Positions 57,509 to 64,000 of a stretch of DNA of 64,000 nucleotides are shown here, piece by piece (the stretch's first letter is position 1; each line of letters begins with the position of its first letter). The position numbers and the translations under genes are program-made. The stretch is from Patescibacteria group bacterium (lineage in GTDB: Bacteria > Patescibacteriota > Patescibacteriia > UBA10025 > JAHIVO01): contig JBMOKY010000001.1 of assembly GCA_049325535.1 (NCBI GenBank), forward strand, positions 299,386-363,385, in the 5' to 3' direction. The notes beneath the pieces were generated by a model that worked only from the letters and a program-made list of their open reading frames with translations, searched no databases and was not told the DNA's origin.

Positions 57509-58548
57509 AGTTCAATTTTTTCTCATTGAGTACCCGTGCCCCGTTTACCGATAAAATTTTTCCAGCAACCCATGATGAACTGATGCATGTTCGTGGGTAT
57601 TTTGAGTCACAAAGGAAACAAGGGGTCGCCGCAACGCACATTATCACAGAACTGCTGGATGACGGCTGGACCAGCGGCGAGGTGGATCAGGCGATCCCCG
57701 GTGCGTATCAAGGATTTTATCGATATCATATTCGTCGGATTAAGGTGGACGTGGCACTGTTGGTACTATTGTTGGTTTGTATAGCCATGATTGGCGTATA
57801 TGTCCAGCTTTTTGCGTTTCAGTATTTGTTTACCATTCCGTTTTTGATCATCATTTTAGACGTAATCCGTTTGATGGGCGCCGTGAGCTCGAGTAATGTC
57901 GTGGAGCGCCGCATAATTTTATTTTTAAATAGATTGGGCGCCCAATTTCCGCTGGATGATATCGCGCAAAGCCGACAGGATAGTACTGAAATCGTCAAAC
58001 GCAACCCGACGAAACTGTTTTTACCTACCAAAGACATGGAGTATTTCAAAATCTTTGGCGGGTCAGGCACCTATCAGGGTCGCCAGTTTCGTGTCTATAT
58101 CGCGAAAAAATTTTCACACACCCAGGGTCGCCGCTCAGAAAATGTATATCGTTATTTTATTTTTTATGAGTTTATGATGCGTCCGGTACCGTTTTACTTT
58201 TCCGTTGTCCGAGAAAACGTATTTGAGGCCCAGTCGTTGCGGCTGCAAAACAAGAAGCTTAGATCCGGAGAGTTCCAGGATATGGATTTTGCAGCACGGG
58301 AATTTAATGAGCACTGGCGGCTCCGGGGCACCGACAAAAAACTCGCCTATCAGGTATTTGATCCGCAGATGATGCACCTGATCACACAGATTCAAAAGGC
58401 CGATTTGATCGGCCTGGAGATTTCTGACAGCAGTGTCATGCTGTCCAACCGTTTTAATTATCCGGCAATCAATCGATACACGACTGATATGAAACTCGTT
58501 TATGAAATCGCCGTACAGGTAGAGCGCAATTATCGTTCCATTTATTAA
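57505..58548 (+). CDS. membrane protein, paralog of 54887..55675
   Basis: See 54887..55675; ATGA overlap with rarA. Confidence 0.55.
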   Translation: MKFNFFSLSTRAPFTDKIFPATHDELMHVRGYFESQRKQGVAATHIITELLDDGWTSGEVDQAIPGAYQGFYRYHIRRIKVDVALLVLLLVCIAMIGVYVQLFAFQYLFTIPFLIIILDVIRLMGAVSSSNVVERRIILFLNRLGAQFPLDDIAQSRQDSTEIVKRNPTKLFLPTKDMEYFKIFGGSGTYQGRQFRVYIAKKFSHTQGRRSENVYRYFIFYEFMMRPVPFYFSVVRENVFEAQSLRLQNKKLRSGEFQDMDFAAREFNEHWRLRGTDKKLAYQVFDPQMMHLITQIQKADLIGLEISDSSVMLSNRFNYPAINRYTTDMKLVYEIAVQVERNYRSIY

Positions 58549-58562
58549 TATATAAAAAATCT

Positions 58563-58946
58563 ATGGCACGACATCCGAAAAAAGTATTTGAAGAAAAATT
58601 GACCTGGTCTGACAAGCTCGCCATCCGCATTGCCGCATTTACCGGCAATATGGCATTTGTGTGGTTGCACGCCGGAATATTCATTATTTGGGTGATATTG
58701 AATTGGTATGCTGCGGAGAACGCATGGGATCCGTACCCATTTGTCTTCATGACCTTCATCGTTTCTCTCGAGGCGATTTTTCTATCTACCTTCGTTTTGA
58801 TCGCGCAAAACCGGGAAGCGCGGCGGAATGAAATCCGGGAAGCGCTCGACTATGAGGTCGACCAGCGCGCCGAATCTGCTATTCAGGAAATAAAATTGAT
58901 GGTAACCAAAATGTCAGCCGACATCGAGGAGCTCAAAAAGAAATGA
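58563..58946 (+). CDS. DUF1003 family membrane protein
   Basis: WDPYPFVFMTFIVSLEAIFLSTFVLIAQNREARRNE matches DUF1003 core. Confidence 0.75.
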   Translation: MARHPKKVFEEKLTWSDKLAIRIAAFTGNMAFVWLHAGIFIIWVILNWYAAENAWDPYPFVFMTFIVSLEAIFLSTFVLIAQNREARRNEIREALDYEVDQRAESAIQEIKLMVTKMSADIEELKKK

Positions 58947-59836
58947 ATCCGGCGTTCGGTTTCGCATTGGCGCTGGCGGCCGGGCTTATCTGGTCGGTAG
59001 GCAATATCATCCATAAGATACTTGCGAGCCGCCTGGTACGGAGTACACCCCTAATGGTGGCGGTGTTTAGCCTGGTTTCGGTGCTGGTCGGAGGTGTGCT
59101 GCTCATCTGGTTTCCGCTGGTCAGTAGTGCGGCAGCCTGGGTATGGGCGGTGGCTGGCGGGGTGTGTTATGTACTGGCGGTGTGGGCGTATTTGAGCGCG
59201 ATGCGGACTGAAGAGGCGTCGCGGATCGTGCCGCTCTTCAGCATCGGGTCGGTGTTGATCGTCATTTTGAGCGCCATCCTGCTCGGGGAGGTATTTAGTG
59301 TCATCACATATATTGGCATCGGACTGGTACTGGTGGGCGCGGTATTGATATCTATAACCACCACGGCTCGCTCGCTGTTTTCCAGCCAGCTGCTGCGGTA
59401 TATGTTTTTAAGTGGTTTATTTTTTGCTGGTCATGCGCTTATCGTCAAATATTTACTCGGGTTTTATTCATACGGAACGGTGTTTGCCAGTCTCGCCATG
59501 GTGCAGGGGCTGATGGGTTTAGGTATCGTGATCATAGCGCGTCGACAGATTCGGCAGACTCTACGCCAGGTGACCGTCAAAGCGATTGGACTGAATATCG
59601 TCACCGACATCGTCGGATTTGGCGCTGAATTGCTGTATACATTTGCCCTGACGGTGTGGTATTTGGCACTGGTGGAGACGATCGCATCACTGCAGTATCT
59701 TTTCATTTTTCTCTGGGGTCTGGTCCTGTCGCGTTGGTTTCCCCAAATATTGCGCGAGTCGCTGACTCGGGCGGTGGTGGTGCGAAAAGCTGTTGCCGTG
59801 ACTATCATCATTATCGGGATATATCTCATTTCATAA
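58943..59836 (+). CDS. DMT/EamA-like membrane transporter
   Basis: 10 TM, ATGA overlap. Confidence 0.6.
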   Translation: MNPAFGFALALAAGLIWSVGNIIHKILASRLVRSTPLMVAVFSLVSVLVGGVLLIWFPLVSSAAAWVWAVAGGVCYVLAVWAYLSAMRTEEASRIVPLFSIGSVLIVILSAILLGEVFSVITYIGIGLVLVGAVLISITTTARSLFSSQLLRYMFLSGLFFAGHALIVKYLLGFYSYGTVFASLAMVQGLMGLGIVIIARRQIRQTLRQVTVKAIGLNIVTDIVGFGAELLYTFALTVWYLALVETIASLQYLFIFLWGLVLSRWFPQILRESLTRAVVVRKAVAVTIIIIGIYLIS

Positions 59837-59842
59837 ATATAT

Positions 59843-60604
59843 ATGCAGCGTGCCTTTTCGCTCACCAATAATCGCGGCATGACTATCCGGGGAACCCAGG
59901 AATGGTATGGCAGCCCCCACGGTACGCCGGTCATATTGGCCCACGGCATGATCGCCACCCACAATCAGCCGCAAATCCGTGAAGTGGCAAAAATGCTTGC
60001 CCAAGCTGGTTTTGTCACCTTTCGTTTTTCCGCAACCAATAACGTCGGATCGAGCCAGGGGCGCCTCATTAATTTTACTGTGGGAGGTTTTGTGGACGAT
60101 ATGCGCAGTGTAGTGGAGTATGCGCTGTCCGAATCGCGGCACGCCACGTGCGATGTGGTAGGGTATTCTCTGGGCGGCATGGTCGCCACCATCGTCGCAG
60201 CGGACGATGCGCGTATTAAACACGTGGCGGTGCAGGCACCGACGTATGACCTAAAAAAGGAAATGGAACGGACGACGATATTTCCACCGTATCGGCTGCT
60301 GGGGTGGACATTGCGGTATAGCCATACACTTGACCGAAAGTTTAAACTGGGGTTTCATTTCTATGAAGAGGGCATCCTCTATGACATGAGGCAATATGTT
60401 GCCAGGCTCCACGCGCCCACACTCATCGCTTACGGTACCCGCGACAAATATTTGCGACATGCAAATTTCAGCCAAGCGTTCCAGCGATTGGGCGGGAGAA
60501 AAAAAATCGTTCGGATCCCCGGGGCAGGTCATACGTTCCGTCGCCAGACGCACATCGTACAGTTTGCCGATTGTGTTACCAATTGGTTTCATGACAATGA
60601 ATAG
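59843..60604 (+). CDS. alpha/beta hydrolase
   Basis: GYSLGG nucleophile elbow, HG oxyanion. Confidence 0.75.
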   Translation: MQRAFSLTNNRGMTIRGTQEWYGSPHGTPVILAHGMIATHNQPQIREVAKMLAQAGFVTFRFSATNNVGSSQGRLINFTVGGFVDDMRSVVEYALSESRHATCDVVGYSLGGMVATIVAADDARIKHVAVQAPTYDLKKEMERTTIFPPYRLLGWTLRYSHTLDRKFKLGFHFYEEGILYDMRQYVARLHAPTLIAYGTRDKYLRHANFSQAFQRLGGRKKIVRIPGAGHTFRRQTHIVQFADCVTNWFHDNE

Positions 60605-61151
60605 AAAAAAAATTAAATGCATCAAAAGCATACCGCTGCTGACTAACCAGTACGTCAATTTTCACAAGGACATCATTGAACTGCCTGATGGTACCCGGAC
60701 CGAGTATTATCTGACAAACCGTGGCGGCAAGGCTTCGTTCGTTTTGCCAGTAGATACTCGTGGTCGGATTTTGGTACTGTATGAATATCGGTACCCAGTC
60801 GGCAGGCATATCATCGGTCCCGTTGGCGGGTCAGTCGAAGAGGGCGAGACTCCGCTCCGTGCCGCCCGGCGGGAACTCAGAGAGGAGGCCGGAATAATTG
60901 CTCGGCGATATCGTCTGCTTGGCACGTTTTATGCCGGGCCGGCCAAGAGCGATACGCTATTTTATGCTTATGTGGCTATGGGTTTGACCCCCGGACAGCC
61001 CCAGCCAGATATAGCCGAATACGTGGAGTGCCGCTGGTATACCCTGGCAGAGCTCGAGCGGCTAATCCGCCATGGAGAGGTCAGAGACCCCTATTTATTG
61101 GCCATTTATTCGCTTTATCGGTTGAAGTACCGCCATCGGCTGCCTAGCTAG
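60597..61151 (+). CDS. NUDIX hydrolase
   Basis: GGSVEEGETPLRAARRELREEAGI Nudix box. Confidence 0.8.
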   Translation: MNRKKIKCIKSIPLLTNQYVNFHKDIIELPDGTRTEYYLTNRGGKASFVLPVDTRGRILVLYEYRYPVGRHIIGPVGGSVEEGETPLRAARRELREEAGIIARRYRLLGTFYAGPAKSDTLFYAYVAMGLTPGQPQPDIAEYVECRWYTLAELERLIRHGEVRDPYLLAIYSLYRLKYRHRLPS

Positions 61152-61216
61152 ACCGGATGGGCGAAATGCGATAAACTGTAGCTAGATATAGCTAATCAAT
61201 CGCTAAGGGGATTCAT

Positions 61217-61363
61217 ATGGAAGAGCAACAACAGCCCCAACAGCCGATGCAAACGCCACCATCGGGACAGGACCAACCGCAGAAGAGCGGCATGGGCACC
61301 TGGCTCGTCGTGCTTGTGGTGATTATTGTCGTCGGTGTGGTAGTCTGGCTCGTGTTCAAATAA
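61217..61363 (+). CDS. 48-aa Gln/Pro-rich single-TM micro-protein (absent from track)
   Basis: AAGGGGA SD; MEEQQQPQQPMQTPPSGQDQPQKSGMGTWLVVLVVIIVVGVVVWLVFK. Confidence 0.4.
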   Translation: MEEQQQPQQPMQTPPSGQDQPQKSGMGTWLVVLVVIIVVGVVVWLVFK

Positions 61364-61371
61364 GTTAATTA

Positions 61372-61836
61372 TTGGCCGGTGTGCCACGCGCTCATTTTAT
61401 GGTACACGAAAAATCAGTCGGCGCTGTCATTTTTATCGATCAGCCGAAGCCCATCAAGTATCTGGTGGTTCAATATCGGCATCGGGGATGGGAATTCGTT
61501 CGGGGACACGTCGAACGTGGGGAATCGGAAATAGAAACCGCTCGCCGGGAGATTTACGAGGAAACCGGCTTGACCAAACTGGATCTGATCGACGGCTTCC
61601 GCGAATCTCGGGTTTGGCAGTTTCGTAAAAACGACGGTCAGCGCATTTCAAAAGAAGCAGTTTTTTTCCTGGCGCGCGCCCCCCGCACCCGGGTACGGCT
61701 GAATGAAGAAAATCTGGCCTTCGCCTGGTTATCGTATCGGGCGGCCTATCATCGCCTGGCATTCAGTCAATCAAAAAAAATATTGACCCGCGCGCATGCC
61801 CGATTGACCCATAAACGTACTACGATCTATGCATGA
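61372..61836 (+). CDS. NUDIX hydrolase (second)
   Basis: RGHVERGESEIETARREIYEETGL Nudix box. Confidence 0.8.
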   Translation: MAGVPRAHFMVHEKSVGAVIFIDQPKPIKYLVVQYRHRGWEFVRGHVERGESEIETARREIYEETGLTKLDLIDGFRESRVWQFRKNDGQRISKEAVFFLARAPRTRVRLNEENLAFAWLSYRAAYHRLAFSQSKKILTRAHARLTHKRTTIYA

Positions 61837-62158
61837 TGATCGCTGGAATGAAATACTCGCCATGGTGGAGGAAAAGTTTTCCGTAGCTGAGCGACGGACG
61901 GAGGCTCTTGCCGACGTGCCGCGGGGTACGGTTGAGTATATCATATTTACGGGGCCAGTCGGTCGGATGAAGCTGGAGCGGACGAGCAAGCCAAAAGTGT
62001 TGGGTACCCGGGGAATGGGGTCGAAACGAATTGGTGGGGATACTTCGGTCTCGTACCAGTATTCCGATACGGAGTTCGTAAAAACTTTCACCGCATACCG
62101 GTGGGACGAATCCGTCGGCCAATGGACGGAAATAGACGCTGGTGCATTTGGCGTATGA
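61829..62158 (+). CDS. hypothetical protein
   Basis: 109-aa ORF with overlaps on both sides. Confidence 0.45.
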   Translation: MHDDRWNEILAMVEEKFSVAERRTEALADVPRGTVEYIIFTGPVGRMKLERTSKPKVLGTRGMGSKRIGGDTSVSYQYSDTEFVKTFTAYRWDESVGQWTEIDAGAFGV

Positions 62159-62421
62159 CCCCAGCTCAGGCACAGCTAAATCAGGATATTGCCGATCTTT
62201 TTTTAGCAAAAGCGCATGTCCTCGAAGCAAAAGGGGAGCGATATAAATTCCGGGCGCTGGCGTACCTGCGCGCCGCGCGCGCGATCCAGCAGCTCGATCG
62301 CGGACTGGATGATATCTACCTCCACGGCTGGCTAACTGGGCTGGAGAAAATCAAAGGCATCGGCAACAGGCTAGCGCATGACATCGAAACCGAGCTCCGC
62401 CAGCGGGGTATTCATAAATAA
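62155..62421 (+). CDS. stand-alone PolX-type 8-kDa/helix-hairpin-helix domain protein
   Basis: NQDIADLFLAKAHVLEAKGERYKFRALAYLRAARAIQQL...KIKGIGNRLAHDIE resembles Pol beta/PolX N-terminal lyase plus HhH. Confidence 0.55.
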   Translation: MTPAQAQLNQDIADLFLAKAHVLEAKGERYKFRALAYLRAARAIQQLDRGLDDIYLHGWLTGLEKIKGIGNRLAHDIETELRQRGIHK

Positions 62422-62433
62422 TCAATTTAACCT

Positions 62434-63624
62434 ATGTTTCCAAAAGAATTTCAGGAGTCGCTCGTATCCGAGCTCGCATCGATCAAAGAGCAGGGATTGT
62501 TCAAAGCTGAGCGGGTGCTGGAGGGGCCCCAAGGGGTGACAATCACCGTCAATGGCCGCCAGGTGCTCAATTTTTGCGCCAATAACTACCTGGGGCTAGC
62601 CAACCATCCGGCTCTGGTGGCTGCGGCACAAGCGGCACTGGAACGCTGGGGCTACGGTATGTCCTCAGTTCGTTTCATTTGTGGCACCCAGGCGATTCAC
62701 AAGGAGCTCGAGCAGACGATCAGCCGGTTTCTGGAGACCGACGACACGCTCCTGTATTCATCATGTTTCGATGCCAATGGCGGTCTATTTGAGACTTTAC
62801 TCGGGCCCGATGACGCCATCATCTCGGATAAGCTGAATCATGCCAGCATCATCGATGGTATCCGCCTGTGTAAAGCGAACCGCTTGCTCATCGAGCATGA
62901 CAATATGGATGACCTGGAGGCGAAACTGAAAGAGGCGCAGCAGTACAAACGGCGGCTCATAGTGACAGACGGGGTATTTAGCATGGATGGAGATATTGCC
63001 CATATTGATGCGGTGGTCGCTCTGGCCGAGCGCTATAATGCGCTCGTCATGGTGGATGATTCACATGCCACCGGGTTTGTCGGAGAACAGGGCAAGGGAT
63101 CAGCGGAATACCGAGCAGTGCTGGGGAAGGTGGACATCATCACCAGTACCCTGGGCAAAGCACTCGGTGGCGCTTCCGGTGGATTTACCAGCGGTCGGCA
63201 GGAAATTATCGACTATCTCCGTCAGCGATCACGTCCGTACCTTTTTTCAAATACCCTGGCGCCAGCCATCGCCGCCACGTCGGTCGCCGCCATTTCATTG
63301 ATCCAGGAGGACGCGTCACTCCGTCAGACACTTCGCCAAAATACCCAGCATTTCCGACAGGGCATTTCGCAGATCGGACTGGATGTCCGGCCGGGGGAGC
63401 ATCCGATTGTCCCGGTGATGCTGTATGATGCGAAACTGGCAACCGCAATGGCTCAGGATCTGCTGGCAGAAGGTATTTACGTCATCGGGTTTTCATTTCC
63501 GGTAGTCCCTGAAGGTCAGGCACGTATCCGCGTACAGGTATCAGCGGCCCATACTACGGCGCAGCTGGATCAGGCGATTGCCGCATTTGAAAAAGTCGGT
63601 AAAAAGCATGGCGCTATCAAATAA
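62434..63624 (+). CDS. kbl: glycine C-acetyltransferase (2-amino-3-ketobutyrate CoA ligase)
   Basis: Near-colinear identity blocks with E. coli Kbl ([39 protein letters not shown] Lys in [12 protein letters not shown]). Confidence 0.93.
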   Translation: MFPKEFQESLVSELASIKEQGLFKAERVLEGPQGVTITVNGRQVLNFCANNYLGLANHPALVAAAQAALERWGYGMSSVRFICGTQAIHKELEQTISRFLETDDTLLYSSCFDANGGLFETLLGPDDAIISDKLNHASIIDGIRLCKANRLLIEHDNMDDLEAKLKEAQQYKRRLIVTDGVFSMDGDIAHIDAVVALAERYNALVMVDDSHATGFVGEQGKGSAEYRAVLGKVDIITSTLGKALGGASGGFTSGRQEIIDYLRQRSRPYLFSNTLAPAIAATSVAAISLIQEDASLRQTLRQNTQHFRQGISQIGLDVRPGEHPIVPVMLYDAKLATAMAQDLLAEGIYVIGFSFPVVPEGQARIRVQVSAAHTTAQLDQAIAAFEKVGKKHGAIK

Positions 63625-63645
63625 ATCGTAACCATTCAGCACACT

Positions 63646-64000
63646 ATGAGTTTTAAAACACTGTTCATCTTCATCTTCCTCTTCAGTATCGGAGGCATGG
63701 GTTTGTCCGGGTATCTCTCCTGGTACACGCTCTGGGGTCCGGGGTGCACGGAAACTATCGTCAGTTGCGGCGGGCCTGAGCCGATTCTCATCGCTGGCCA
63801 GCCGACCTGTGTGTATGGGTTTTTTATGTTTCTGATGACGGGTATTTTAGCTCTCCTCGGCATAGCCGATAAAAATAAACGCGCGGTACTTCGCTGGCTT
63901 TTGGGGGTATCTATTGTTGGTGTCGGTTTTTCCGGGTTCCTCACCTACTATGAGATGGTGGTGCAAAAACTCGATACCTTGCCCGCATGTGCCTATGGTT
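63646..64000 (+). CDS. vitamin K epoxide reductase (VKOR) family protein, N-terminal fragment (runs off window)
   Basis: TM1 then loop Cys pair (CTETIVSCGG), further TMs; typical VKOR topology. Confidence 0.65.
   Translation, partial: MSFKTLFIFIFLFSIGGMGLSGYLSWYTLWGPGCTETIVSCGGPEPILIAGQPTCVYGFFMFLMTGILALLGIADKNKRAVLRWLLGVSIVGVGFSGFLTYYEMVVQKLDTLPACAYG

Noticed and set aside
63636-63944. Minus-strand ORF at the window end
   Set aside because: The plus-strand frame gives a clean VKOR-like membrane protein starting at ATG 63646. The minus ORF is its shadow.

Overview
This window appears to be a chromosomal segment of a small-genome bacterium, most likely from the CPR/Patescibacteria. That placement is inference from gene content and architecture: a short-form HrcA, purine interconversion genes without de novo synthesis genes, many short membrane or secreted hypotheticals, and 4-nt start/stop overlaps. 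Coding density is high and both strands are used. No rRNA, CRISPR array, transposase or integrase was found.

Genes I can recognise:
- CorA Mg2+ channel.
- A UPF0104 membrane protein (LPG-synthase transmembrane-type).
- A heat-shock locus: CIRCE operator, then hrcA, grpE, hsp20, a zinc-ribbon ORF and dnaK. dnaJ sits 11 kb away with its own sigma70-like promoter.
- Two inositol-monophosphatase-family paralogs.
- A protein with two FAS1 (fasciclin) domains.
- A CaCA antiporter.
- cysS.
- A biotinyl-domain protein.
- Several DMT/EamA transporters.
- dnaX.
- tRNA-Gln(CUG) and tRNA-Pro(CGG).
- A purine block of guaB (no CBS subdomain), an adenosine deaminase, guaA, a divergent purA and purB.
- A CofE-like ligase.
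- A CYTH protein.
- rarA.
- A DUF1003 protein.
- An alpha/beta hydrolase.
- Two NUDIX hydrolases.
- A lone PolX-like 8kDa/HhH domain protein.
- kbl.
- A VKOR-family fragment at the 3' edge.

Items that stand out:
- A 1375-aa orphan cytoplasmic protein flanked by C39-like peptidase paralogs.
- An operon of three surface proteins, two of them tandem Cys-rich paralogs carrying a repeated WLTYENEEY motif.
- An AT-rich, compositionally foreign gene with an R-x4-H (HEPN-like) motif just after dnaK, followed by repeat-dense non-coding DNA.
- A family of dispersed short palindromic repeats sharing a GATGACAAG core.
- A roughly 330-nt structured non-coding region bracketed by terminators, with local similarity to the RNase P RNA P10-P12 region.
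- A membrane-anchored AAA+ protein that corresponds to Clp D1 only.
- A TraG/VirD4-like coupling-ATPase gene with associated small genes.
- Tandem secreted paralogs whose promoter/5'UTR was duplicated along with the gene.
- A tRNA-Gln embedded in a 16-bp extended palindrome.
- A 20-nt direct repeat of the tRNA-Pro 3' end lying 154 nt away, which looks like an integration scar.

I could not run searches. All family assignments rest on motifs I recognised by eye.
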